DNA of 62,286 nucleotides, filler included, from Actinomycetota bacterium (GCA_025963875.1; 5 parts of 5 records of this genome joined end to end with filler, not necessarily neighbours in it), one strand, 5' to 3'. Counted from the first letter of the whole stretch, positions 20,474-29,854 are shown. Notes: a model not told the origin generated them from the letters alone. Made by a program: numbers and translations.

Positions 20474-21136
20474 TCAGGGCCTCCTGGTCCGGTAGAGGTA
20501 CGCGGCCGCCAGCGTCCGCCACGGCCGGAAACGCTCGCCGAGATCGTCCACCTGCGCGACGGACGCCGGAGCATCCAGCCCCCAGACCCGCTCGACCGCC
20601 CGGCGCAGTGCCAGATCGGCGGCGGGCCACACGTCCTGCCGGCGCAGCGCCAGCATGAGCACACCGTCGGCGGTGAACCGCCCGACGCCCTTGACCTGGG
20701 TGAGCTCGTTGCGGGCGGCGTCGTCGTCGAGGCTCCGCAGCCGCTCGAGGTCGAGCCGGCCATCCTCCAGGCGCGCGGCAAGGTCGTGCAGGTACACACC
20801 CTTCGCTCGGGACAGCCCGATCTGGCGCAGCGTCTGAGCATCGGTGGCGAGGAGCTCCGCCGGCGTCGGCAGCCGGCCCCCGTGCAAGGCCTCGAGCCGG
20901 GCGAGGATCGTCGCTGCGGCAGCCAGCGAGAGCTGCTGGCCGATCACCTGCAGGACCAGCGCACCCCATAGGTCGCTCGACAAACGGTCCATCCAGGCGT
21001 CCAGGTCCAACCCGGGATCTGCATCCACGAGCGCCGCCATCCGCGGGTCCGTGGCGCGCAGGACCTCCCGGCCGGCCGCCCATCGGTCGACCCCGGCACG
21101 GCCGCCACCGCGCCCCCGACCGCCGCCCGTGCTCAC
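20474..21136 (-). CDS. DNA-3-methyladenine glycosylase II (HhH-GPD, AlkA-like)
   Basis: VIGQQLS, GLSRAK, VKGVGRFTA, WPAADL and FRPWRT; GTG start overlaps the ligase stop. Confidence 0.9.
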   Translation of the reverse strand: MSTGGGRGRGGGRAGVDRWAAGREVLRATDPRMAALVDADPGLDLDAWMDRLSSDLWGALVLQVIGQQLSLAAAATILARLEALHGGRLPTPAELLATDAQTLRQIGLSRAKGVYLHDLAARLEDGRLDLERLRSLDDDAARNELTQVKGVGRFTADGVLMLALRRQDVWPAADLALRRAVERVWGLDAPASVAQVDDLGERFRPWRTLAAAYLYRTRRP

Positions 21137-22071
21137 GCCGGCCGCTCCCGGACGACCTCGGCCGGGCGCTTGTCGTCGCGCAGCCCGAGGAAGCGCGGTT
21201 GGCGCAGCCGGCCGTCGTTCGTCCACTCGGCGAAGCCAATCTGGGCCACCAGCTCGGGCCGCGTCCAGTGGGTGCCGCGCGGGATCGGCCGCACGTCGAC
21301 GAACGGCGACTCGGGCGTCTCCAGCTCGCGCAGCCGGGCGCCGAGGTTCCGCAGCGTCGCCGCCGTGTACCCGGTCCCGACCTTGCCGGCGTAGCGAAGG
21401 AGGCCCTGCTCGTAGTAGCCCACGAGCAGGGCACCGAAGTCCGTCCGGCTGCCGGCGGGATCGGTGTACCCGCCGATGACGAACTCCTGCTCCCAGGAGC
21501 ACTTCAGCTTGAGCCAGTCCTTGGAGCGGCCCGGGGTGTACGGAGCCTCGGCGCGCTTGGCGATGAGCCCCTCCCAGCCGGCCCGGCAGGCCTCGGCGAA
21601 CCTCGCCTGCGAATCCCCACGCCAGGCTTCGGTGAGCTGCACTGCCGGGCTCGGCCGGATCGCCCTCGCCAGCCGGGAACGGCGCTCGAGGAGGGGGCGG
21701 TCCGCGAGATCCTCGCCGTCGACCTCGAGGATGTCGAAGACGCAGTAGACGACCGGATACGCGGCCACGTGCTCTGGCGTGGGATTCGTGACGCCGAGAC
21801 GCTGCTGAAGCCGGCTGAACGACGTCTCATCGCCGTCGTACGCGACGACCTCGCCGTCGAGTACAAGGTCTCGGACCCGCTGGGCCGCCAGCGCCGCACG
21901 GACCTCGGGGTAGGTGCCGGTGAGGTCCTTGCCGGTGCGCGATTCGAGCCGCACGTCGGCGCCGTGTTTGGTGGCCACGCAGCGCTCGCCGTCGAACTTG
22001 CGCTCCAGCAGCCAATCGTCGCCGAAGTCGCGGCGGTCGGTGAGGGTCGCGAGCATCAGCGGGATCGGCAT
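21133..22071 (-). CDS. ATP-dependent DNA ligase (LigD ligase domain)
   Basis: PLMLAT, ERKFDGER, LDGEVV, EGLIAK, WLKLK, YAGKVGTG and GRLRQPRFLGLRDDK. Confidence 0.93.
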   Translation of the reverse strand: MPIPLMLATLTDRRDFGDDWLLERKFDGERCVATKHGADVRLESRTGKDLTGTYPEVRAALAAQRVRDLVLDGEVVAYDGDETSFSRLQQRLGVTNPTPEHVAAYPVVYCVFDILEVDGEDLADRPLLERRSRLARAIRPSPAVQLTEAWRGDSQARFAEACRAGWEGLIAKRAEAPYTPGRSKDWLKLKCSWEQEFVIGGYTDPAGSRTDFGALLVGYYEQGLLRYAGKVGTGYTAATLRNLGARLRELETPESPFVDVRPIPRGTHWTRPELVAQIGFAEWTNDGRLRQPRFLGLRDDKRPAEVVRERPA

Positions 22072-22367
22072 GCCGACATCGTCCCCCGTTTGGCGGCCCA
22101 GGTGGAGGTAGTGCGCCGTGATTCCCTGCAGCATGACCGCGGGTCTCGATCAGCGCACCGCAGCCGCACTCCTCGTCAGCGACGTCCATTCCGGGGTCAA
22201 TTCCAGGTCTTCCTGTATCACCACCACGCGTCTACGCTCAATGAAATGTTTAGCGGATTGGGACCAGACAGCCTGCGGACGCATCGCGGATGGCCGGCAT
22301 GAGCCCCAAGGAGGCCGACGGGCTGTCCTGCCGATGGGGCCGAGCCTATCCGGAAAGGGGCAGCACG

Positions 22368-23789
22368 ATGGCGGATGTGGTCGTAATGGGCGGCGGCACC
22401 TGCGGACTCGCGACGGCCATGCTGCTGGCGCGCGCAGGGTTCGAGGTGACGGTGATCGAGCGCGACGCGGAGGAACCGCCACCCGTCGGTGAGGACGTGT
22501 TCACCTGCTGGAAGCGGCGGGGCGTCCCACAGTTCCACCAGGCCCACTTCGTCCAGCCGCGCTTTCGCATCCTCGTCCAGCGCGAGCTGCCGGACGTCTA
22601 TGACGCGCTGGTGGCCGCTGGCGGGACCCGCTTCGATATGCTCACGGCGATGCCGCCGTTCATCGCTGATCGCACGCCGCGGGAGGTCGACGACCGGCTG
22701 TGGACGATGACGGCGCGCCGTCCGGTGCTCGAGAGTGTCTTTGCCCGTGCGGCCCAAGACGAGCCGCGCCTCGATCTGCGGCGCGGCGAGGGAGCCGTCG
22801 GGCTCCTCACGAGTGGTTCGGTAATCGACGGCGTGCCTCATGTGAGGGGCGTGCGGACGTCCTCCGGCGTGGAGCTGCGTGCCGATCTCGTCATTGACGC
22901 CATGGGCCGGAGGTCGCCTCTCCGCGAGTGGCTGTCAGCCGTCGGTGGCCGGCCGCCCCTGGAGGAGGCCGAGGACGGCGGATTCACCTACTACACGCGG
23001 TACTTCCGGTCACGCGATGGGTCGACGCCGATGCCAGTAGGCCCCCTGATGGCTGCGATGGGGACGCTGTCGGTGATCACGATTCACGGCGACAACTCGA
23101 CGTGGATGATCGTGATCTATTGCGGTTCGGGTGACATGCCGCTCAAGGGCCTACGCGACCGTGAGCGCTGGACCCGGGTTGTGGCGTCGATGCCCAGGCA
23201 TGCCCATTGGCTCGACGGTGAGCCGATCACCGACGTCCTGCCGATGTCGGGCATCCTGGACAAACGTCGCGCTTTCGTCCTCGATGGCAAGCCCGTTGTC
23301 ACCGGGCTCCTGCCCGTTGCCGATGCATGGGTCTCCACGAATCCGTCGTACGGGCGTGGGCTGTCGAACGGTGTGGACCACGTCGTGCGGTTGCGCGACC
23401 ACGTGTGTTCGCGCCTGGGCGATCCCAAGGCACTCGCAGAGGAGTGGTACGCGATCGGCGATGCAGAGTTCCGGCCCTCGTACGAGTTCCAGGTGCAGCT
23501 GGATCGTGCGCGCGTCGCCGAGATGCTCGCCTTGCGCGAGGGACGGGAGCCTCCGCAACCCGACCCGGCTGACGACAAGGGGCGAATCATGAAGGAATTC
23601 CTCACGGCGCCGACCTATGACCCTGACGTGTTCCGGGGGTTCCTCGAGGTCGGCTCGTGCCTCGCCACGCCGGAGGAGGTGCTGGGGCGCGTAGGAATGG
23701 TCGACAAGATCCTCACGATCTCCGACGGCAAGGAGCCGATCACGTGCCCGGGCCCGTCACGCTCGCAACTGCTCGATCTGGTCGCTTAG
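22368..23789 (+). CDS. FAD-dependent oxidoreductase/monooxygenase
   Basis: VVVMGGGTCGLATA...VIERD Rossmann motif, IDAMGRRS and ADAWVSTNPSYGRG. Confidence 0.88.
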   Translation: MADVVVMGGGTCGLATAMLLARAGFEVTVIERDAEEPPPVGEDVFTCWKRRGVPQFHQAHFVQPRFRILVQRELPDVYDALVAAGGTRFDMLTAMPPFIADRTPREVDDRLWTMTARRPVLESVFARAAQDEPRLDLRRGEGAVGLLTSGSVIDGVPHVRGVRTSSGVELRADLVIDAMGRRSPLREWLSAVGGRPPLEEAEDGGFTYYTRYFRSRDGSTPMPVGPLMAAMGTLSVITIHGDNSTWMIVIYCGSGDMPLKGLRDRERWTRVVASMPRHAHWLDGEPITDVLPMSGILDKRRAFVLDGKPVVTGLLPVADAWVSTNPSYGRGLSNGVDHVVRLRDHVCSRLGDPKALAEEWYAIGDAEFRPSYEFQVQLDRARVAEMLALREGREPPQPDPADDKGRIMKEFLTAPTYDPDVFRGFLEVGSCLATPEEVLGRVGMVDKILTISDGKEPITCPGPSRSQLLDLVA

Positions 23790-23931
23790 GGCCCACCGCC
23801 GAACAAACTGCGCGGATTGAGTGCCAGGTTAGTCGCCTGTCGCGCACAGATGCGCGCTGCACTCCTTCCTTCGGCGGCCGCCAACGGCCGGAGATCGGCG
23901 AGGCGTGATCGCGCACATTATTTTCCCGCGG
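23789..23931 (+). repeat. ~140-bp structured repeat, copy 1 (MITE- or ncRNA-like)
   Basis: Near-identical to 26995-27132 (6 substitutions, 2 indels); begins at the stop codon of the upstream gene. Confidence 0.9.
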
Positions 23932-24004
23932 CTTAGGCACGGGTCGGCCTCGCGGTTCCAGCCTTGGACGCTTCCTGTCAGAGGGCCGGCTGGCCGTCCG
24001 GGGC

Positions 24005-24095
24005 CCGGCCAGGAACCGGTATCCGATGGATCGGACGGTGCCGATGAGGGTGGGATCGGAGGGTCGTCGCCGAGAGCTCTCCGCAGGGACTGGAC
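24005..24095 (-). pseudogene. OmpR-family winged-helix C-terminal remnant
   Basis: VQSLRRALGDD / PSDPTLIGTVRSIGYRFL across a frameshift. Confidence 0.6.
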
Positions 24096-24222
24096 TGGCA
24101 GGGAGTGGGCTGGCGGGTCTGGACGGTTTCAACCGGTTGTGAGGTACTGTGACCACACGCTAGGCGTGACCCCTGTGGGCGGAACCCGCCTTCCGACTCT
24201 GACTGGGGGGAGTCAGGGATTG

Positions 24223-26994
24223 ATGCTGGAACGTGAAGCCGTCATCGCTGCCACCGGCCGGCTCCTCGAAGAGGCCCGGGAAGGGAGGGGCGGCTGTCTG
24301 TTCGTGGTCGGCGAGTCCGGGCTCGGCAAGACCGCCGCCTTGCAGGCCGCCATCGAGCACACCTCGGGGGGCGTGCGGGTCGGTCTCGCCCGCGGGGATG
24401 CCATGGAGCAGCTCATCCCTTTCGGGATGTTCTCGCAAGCCGTCGACCAGCTTGGGGGGAAGGACGTGCTCGGGCTTCCGGGGGCGGGCATGGCCCCCGC
24501 AGATGCGCGCGCCAACCATTTCTTTGCGGTCCTCCGCTGGCTGGAGTCCCACTCCGAGGCCGTGACGCTGATCGGGCTCGACGACCTGCACTGGGCCGAC
24601 CCCGACTCACTCGGGTTGCTGTCGTTCGTCGCCCGTCGGATCGGGTCGCTGCCGATCGCCGTGATCGGCACGCTGCGCCCCTGGCCGCGGGCTGCCTATG
24701 AGGTGACGGAAGCCCTGGCCCACGAGGGCCACGCCGGGATGGCGAGGCTGGCCCCGCTGAGCAAGATGGCCTCCGGGCGCCTGCTCGCGGAACTGGTCGG
24801 CCGGCCGTTGTCCGACGACGTCGTTTCGGAGTCCTGGCAGCTCTGCTCGGGCAACCCGCTCCTCCTTGAGCAGGTGGCCGCAATCCTCCAGGAGGGGGAT
24901 GCGATCCGCGACGTGGGGAAGACGGGCTCCCACCACGCCAAGAAGGAGCTCCTGCTCTCCCGGTTTGCGGGGCTCCCCCCGGAGGGGATCCGCCTCACCC
25001 GCGTCGCCAGCGTGCTCGGGTTGCGTTTCCGGGCCGATATCGCCACCGAGATCGCAGGGCTCGACGAAGCGGAGTGCGCGACGGGCCTGGAGGCCCTGCA
25101 CCGCAGCCGGCTGGTCCGGTCCGTGGGGGGGAACTGGCTCGAGTTCGTCCATCCGCTCTTCCATCAGGCGCTTTCAGAGGATGCCGGTCCTGCGGTGCAG
25201 ACACGGCTGCACGCCCGTGCGTTCAAGCTGCTGCACGCGCGGGGACTGGACGACGAGGCGGCCGAGCACGCGGTGCGGGGTGAGCTGAGCGGCGACGCCG
25301 AGGCGATCGGCGTCCTGGAAGCCTCCGGCAGGACTGCGTTGAGCGCGGGAGCGTTCGGCGTGGCGGCGGAGCGGCTGGGGGCTGCGGCGCAGCTCGCCGG
25401 GCAGCGGGCGAGCCCCGAACTGCTCACGGCCCTTGGCCAGGCCCTCCTCGCCCAGGGCCGCCCGGCCGAATCGCTCGCCGTGGGGGAGCGGCTGCTGGCG
25501 CGCGAGGATCTGCCGCTGGCGGCGCGGATCCAGGCCCTCCGGGCCAGGGGCCTGGCGTATGCGAGCACGGGAAGCCACGAGCGCGCCGCCATCTCGTACG
25601 AGAAGGCAACCGCCCTGGCCACACCCGGTTCGGCGGAGCTTGCCGTCGAGGTGCTGGTGGACCACGCGCTGGTGTCCTGGCTCTCGGGCGGCCCGGCGCG
25701 TTCGCTCCCACTCGCCTTGCGCGCCAAGGAGCTGGCCGAGGGCGGGGCGACCACGCTGCAGGCCCGGGCGGCCGCTGCCTGGGGCCTCACTGCATGGATG
25801 TCGGGCGATCCGGCCGGCCTCGACGCCACCGCGGCGGCCGCCCTGCCGCTCGTGGCCGATCCCCTCTCCGACGTGGCCGACCTCTCCGCCGGGGTGGCCT
25901 CGACGCTGGCGATGTACGGTATGGCCACGTCGCTGGCGGAGCGTTTCGCCGAGTCCGACCGTGTGACCAGCGTGGCCCTGGCCGCAACGGAGCAGATCGG
26001 GGCTGCCCAGTCGACCGCCTGGTTCGCGATAAACCGCTCCTACACGCTCTCCCGGATGGGCCGGCTGGCCGAGTCCTTCGCGCATGTCAGGCGGGCCGAG
26101 GAGTTGAGCGAGTTCTTCCCCATGATCGATCCCTACCTGGCCTGCGCCCGAGCGCGCCTTCATCTCCACCATCACGGTGATGTCGAGCGGTCGAAGCTCT
26201 GGTGCGAGCAGGCCGAACTGCGCGCCCTGCCCAGAGGTGAGTGGCTGGCCCTGCTCTTCACGTGGGACTGCCGGGGCCAGATGGCCCTACGCGGGGGAGA
26301 CCCCGCCGCCGCGAGCGACGTCTACCGGCGCGTCGAGGCGGCGAGTGAGCGGATGGGGGTCGGCGAACCATGCCTCGTCTCCTGGGGGCGCCATGCCATC
26401 GCCGCCCACGTCGGATGCGGGCGGCTCGACGACGCCCGGAGGGTCCTCGGCTGGCTGGACGGGTGCATCGCGCGGCTACCATGCCGGTGGCCGCGCATCG
26501 CGGCCGCCGCCGGGCGAGCCTGGCTGGCGAACCTAGACGGCGACCGTGAGGCCGCCCGAGGCCATTTTGAGTCCGCGCTGGCCCTCCACGAGGGTCTCCA
26601 GCTCCCGCTGGAGCACATCGAGACGCTGCTCGACTACGGCTCCTTCCTCCGCCGTGGCGGGGAGCTCGCCCGTGCCAGGGAGCTCCTCGCCGACGCCGTG
26701 CGCCGGGCGGAGGCCGGGGGGGCGGTGTGGCTCGCCGGCCTGGCCGCCGACGAGCTGAAGGTGGCGGGGGGCCGCCGCCGCCGGAGGCGGCTGGGCGAGC
26801 TGACCCCCCAGGAGCGGCGGGTCGCGAGGGCGGCAGCGGCCGGCAAGCACAACGCCGACCTGGCCCGCCAGCTCTCGGTCTCGGTCAACACCATCGAGAC
26901 CCATCTCGGCCACATCTACGCCAAGCTCGGCATCCGGTCCCGCTCGGAGCTCGCGGCACTGATGGCTCGGGGTGGCGTGGCCGACGAAAACTAA
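24223..26994 (+). CDS. large ATP-binding LuxR-family (LAL/MalT-like) regulator
   Basis: LERE start, GESGLGKT Walker A, LDDLHWAD Walker B, GNPL, TPR-like middle and C-terminal LTPQERRVA...HLGHIYAKLGIRSR HTH. Confidence 0.92.
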   Translation: MLEREAVIAATGRLLEEAREGRGGCLFVVGESGLGKTAALQAAIEHTSGGVRVGLARGDAMEQLIPFGMFSQAVDQLGGKDVLGLPGAGMAPADARANHFFAVLRWLESHSEAVTLIGLDDLHWADPDSLGLLSFVARRIGSLPIAVIGTLRPWPRAAYEVTEALAHEGHAGMARLAPLSKMASGRLLAELVGRPLSDDVVSESWQLCSGNPLLLEQVAAILQEGDAIRDVGKTGSHHAKKELLLSRFAGLPPEGIRLTRVASVLGLRFRADIATEIAGLDEAECATGLEALHRSRLVRSVGGNWLEFVHPLFHQALSEDAGPAVQTRLHARAFKLLHARGLDDEAAEHAVRGELSGDAEAIGVLEASGRTALSAGAFGVAAERLGAAAQLAGQRASPELLTALGQALLAQGRPAESLAVGERLLAREDLPLAARIQALRARGLAYASTGSHERAAISYEKATALATPGSAELAVEVLVDHALVSWLSGGPARSLPLALRAKELAEGGATTLQARAAAAWGLTAWMSGDPAGLDATAAAALPLVADPLSDVADLSAGVASTLAMYGMATSLAERFAESDRVTSVALAATEQIGAAQSTAWFAINRSYTLSRMGRLAESFAHVRRAEELSEFFPMIDPYLACARARLHLHHHGDVERSKLWCEQAELRALPRGEWLALLFTWDCRGQMALRGGDPAAASDVYRRVEAASERMGVGEPCLVSWGRHAIAAHVGCGRLDDARRVLGWLDGCIARLPCRWPRIAAAAGRAWLANLDGDREAARGHFESALALHEGLQLPLEHIETLLDYGSFLRRGGELARARELLADAVRRAEAGGAVWLAGLAADELKVAGGRRRRRRLGELTPQERRVARAAAAGKHNADLARQLSVSVNTIETHLGHIYAKLGIRSRSELAALMARGGVADEN

Positions 26995-27132
26995 GGGCCC
27001 ACCGCCGAACAAACTGCGCGGAGTGAGTGCCAGGTCGCCTGTCGCGCCCAGATGCGCGCTGCACTCCTTCCTTCGGCGGCCACCAACGGCCGGAGATCAG
27101 CGAGGCGTGGTCGGGCACATTATTTCCCGCGG
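26995..27132 (+). repeat. ~140-bp structured repeat, copy 2
   Basis: Direct copy of 23789-23931, immediately after the LuxR TAA. Confidence 0.9.
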
Positions 27133-27197
27133 GTACCAAGTTAAGGAGAAGGGCGCGCAGATGCAGATCGACCGGGCGGTGAAGCGCCGCCGCTAGG

Positions 27198-27243
27198 CGT
27201 TTGAGTAAATCCCGCCCCTATAGGGGCGGGATTTACTCAAACG
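27198..27243. repeat. perfect 46-bp palindrome
   Basis: CGTTTGAGTAAATCCCGCCCCTA|TAGGGGCGGGATTTACTCAAACG. Confidence 0.95.
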
Positions 27244-27271
27244 TTTGTAGAATAGCGTTCTGGAGCCTTGG

Positions 27272-27469
27272 ATGGCGCAGGCGACACGCCAGCATGGCGT
27301 CATCTCGACGGTCGAACTCCGACGATTCGGACTCACGGAGAAGGCCATCAGGTGGAGGGCTGAGACCGGGATCCTTCACCCGCTATTCGTCGGCGTGTTC
27401 CTCGTCGCTGGCTTGCCCCGGACGTGGGAGCAGCGGATCACGGCTAAGGATCACGGCGCTCCGGGATGA
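27272..27469 (+). pseudogene. truncated AbiEi/DUF559-family gene (N-terminus only)
   Basis: ATRQHGVISTVELRRFGLT...LHPLFVGVFLVAGLPRTWEQR, paralogous to the N-terminus at 3150. Confidence 0.7.
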
Positions 27470-27558
27470 CTCGGGTGGGGCAGCCACCTCATGCTTGGGG
27501 CGTGGCTTTACCTTTTCGTGACGATCAGACGTTGCGCCCGGCGCAATCGGACGACAGC

Positions 27559-27783
27559 ATGTCGGCCGCGTCGACAGGTGGGCGGCCGGATGCCGGAGAC
27601 GCCAGTCACGACGAGTCGGCGCAGGTCAACCTGCATCTGATCCTCCTGCCCGGCGACCGCGTCTGGGGGGCCGTCGGCTGGCTCGGTGACAACGAGCGCA
27701 GGCCCTTCCGCGGGTGGCTCGACCTCATGTACGCCATCCACCTGCTGCGGGATGGGAGCGCTAAAGATCACCGCTCTCCGTGA
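27559..27783 (+). CDS. small hypothetical protein with F-x-G-W-L-x-L motif
   Basis: ...VWGAVGWLGDNERRPFRGWLDLMYAIHLL; GC-biased codons. Confidence 0.6.
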   Translation: MSAASTGGRPDAGDASHDESAQVNLHLILLPGDRVWGAVGWLGDNERRPFRGWLDLMYAIHLLRDGSAKDHRSP

Positions 27784-27958
27784 TGCCCTGGAGGGCCTGG
27801 CTCCGTATCGTCCTGCTTACGACGCAGCGGTCATCCACATGCGGTGAGGAGGAACATCTGGACCATCCACGAGCATCTCAGGGGTCAGGTCCGGGCACGT
27901 CCGGGCTGGCTGCAGGTCCCGCCGACCGGGTCCGACGCCCGAAAGGGGCTGACGGCTG

Positions 27959-29182
27959 ATGGTCATGACGGCCCGGGACGCCTGTGCCGACACCTCTCCC
28001 ATGCTGCTGGGGGATCACGTCCACTGGCAGCTGCGCCGTCTGTGCCGGGCGGTGGGCCTCGACGGCTTTCAGGACCTTTACGCCGATCTGCTGCGAGAGC
28101 TCCTCGGCCCGGCTGCCACGGAGGCAGTGGGCGTGACGCCGGCGTGGGAGTCGCAGATCTCCGACGACCACACCCCCGTCGAGTACTCGCTCTCCTTCGA
28201 CAAGGGCCGGTTGCCGAGGATCCGCTTCCTCATCGAGCCAAGCGGTCGGCGGCCGGACCTCTGGGCGAACATGCAGGCGGGCCTCCAGGTCCTGGAACTG
28301 TTGGCCGATCGCTATCAGTTCTCCCTGGACCGCTTGTGCATGCTGCAGGACCTGTTCTTTCCCCGGCGCCCTCAGGGCCCATTCGGGCTCTGGCTGGCTG
28401 CGGAGCTGGGCAGGAGCGGGACCCCACGGTTCAAGGTCTATCTCAATCCTTCCGTGCACGGCCCGGACCGGGCGTGGCAGGTGGTCGGCGAGGCGCTCGC
28501 CCGTCTGGGATTCGGCGACGCGTTCTTGTCCCTGCTGCGCTACGGGGTGCCGCGCAACCGGCAGGTCGACCGCTTCTACATCTTTTCGCTGGATCTGGGG
28601 AGCCCCTGGGGCAGACCGCGGGTCAAGGTCTACATTCGCCACGAAGGATTTTCGGGTGCCGAGGCGGCGCTGGCGGCCGGCGCCGTCCCGGGGGTCTCGC
28701 CGGAGAGCATCGCCCAGTTCTGCGGGCTGGTCGGGGGCCCGGGCTCGTTCACGGCGCGACCGCTGATCTCGTGCTACTCGTTCGTCGAGGGCGACCGCGA
28801 GCGGCCCAGCGCCTACACACTTCACGTGCCCATCCGGGACTACGTGCTGCACGACGCGGACGCCCGGTTTCGGGCGTCCGCCGCGCTGGATTGCTACGGC
28901 TTCGACGCCTCTCTGCTCGGCCGGGCATTGGCGGGGGTGTCCCGGCGGCCCCTGGCGGCAGGAGTGGGCCTGATCTCCTACGTGGCGCTCGTCTGCAACC
29001 CGCGCCCGCGGCGGATGACCGTCTACATCTCCTCCGAGGCATACAAGGCAGCCCCGCCCCGGACGCTCCACGCTCGTCGGTCGGCGGCGCAGGCTGGGAG
29101 CTGCCGAGGGTGGCACGCAAGCGGACGGCCACGATTCCCCGAGCCGGGTCGTGGACGGGCATCTGAGCGGTCGTCCGGATGA
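27959..29182 (+). CDS. DMATS-type aromatic prenyltransferase (tryptophan dimethylallyltransferase family)
   Basis: ISDDHTPVEYS, PRFKVYLNP, FSLDL...RVKVYIRH, YTLHVPIRDY and TVYISSEAY motifs; start may be 27965 or 28001. Confidence 0.85.
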   Translation: MVMTARDACADTSPMLLGDHVHWQLRRLCRAVGLDGFQDLYADLLRELLGPAATEAVGVTPAWESQISDDHTPVEYSLSFDKGRLPRIRFLIEPSGRRPDLWANMQAGLQVLELLADRYQFSLDRLCMLQDLFFPRRPQGPFGLWLAAELGRSGTPRFKVYLNPSVHGPDRAWQVVGEALARLGFGDAFLSLLRYGVPRNRQVDRFYIFSLDLGSPWGRPRVKVYIRHEGFSGAEAALAAGAVPGVSPESIAQFCGLVGGPGSFTARPLISCYSFVEGDRERPSAYTLHVPIRDYVLHDADARFRASAALDCYGFDASLLGRALAGVSRRPLAAGVGLISYVALVCNPRPRRMTVYISSEAYKAAPPRTLHARRSAAQAGSCRGWHASGRPRFPEPGRGRASERSSG

Positions 29183-29200
29183 AGGAGCGAACCCGGTGAG

Positions 29201-29560
29201 ATGGAGGAGACCGTTCTGCTCGGTCCCGACGGGCACGCCGCGGGGGGCTGTGCCGAAGGTGGCGAGCCATCACCAGTCCACTCCGCTGCACCTCGCCGTC
29301 TCGTGCTACCTCGTCGACCGGAACGGCAGGCTACTGATCGCGCAACGTGCCCATGCCAAAGCCACGTGGGCGCCAGCGCCGACCAACAGCTGCTGCGGGC
29401 ATCATGCTCCGCGCGCTCCTTGCGCCAACCCGTACGCCGCCATGCCCGCACCGCGCTCGGTGTGGATGTCGAGGACCCGACCCTGATCCTGCCCCCCTTC
29501 CGCCACTGCGCCGTCATGCGGAACGGCGTGGCGAGCGCGAGCAGTGACCCGTCGTGCGCG
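29201..29560 (+). pseudogene. idi: isopentenyl-diphosphate delta-isomerase type 1, frameshifted and degenerate
   Basis: MEETVLLGPDG | HHQSTPLHLAVSCYLVD..GRLLIAQRA..KATW...TNSCCGH | LGVDVEDPTLILPPFRHCAVMRNG, in alternating frames with the first shift at the G-run near 29242-29247. Confidence 0.8.
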
Positions 29561-29854
29561 CGAGGCCGGTGGGTGGTGTGTGGCCCCATCCCGGAGAGGT
29601 GGCGGCTGCGGGCTGGCGGGTGTGGGCGGCCGGCCTCGGCCTGTCCAGGCAGCCCGCCGCCTCCCCATGGTTCCGGGATCACGTGGGCCAGCCCGCCCCC
29701 CTCGGCGAGCCCGGGGCCTGATTGCAGGCGGAGCCCGCCGCGCTGCCCCCGGCTGTCGCTTGGTGACCTCGGGCGCCCCACGCCGGGGCATGCAGGAGAT
29801 TCGGAGGAAAAGGGCGCCAGGCGCGCCGAAGATCCCGAAGGTCCAGGATGAGGG

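Noticed and set aside
23789..27132. Integron attC cassette interpretation of the 140-bp repeats
   Set aside because: No RYYYAAC/GTTRRRY boxes at the ends and no integrase on the contig.
29201..29851. 216-aa intact ORF downstream of DMATS
   Set aside because: Open only because of compensating frameshifts; the idi catalytic motifs lie in another frame.
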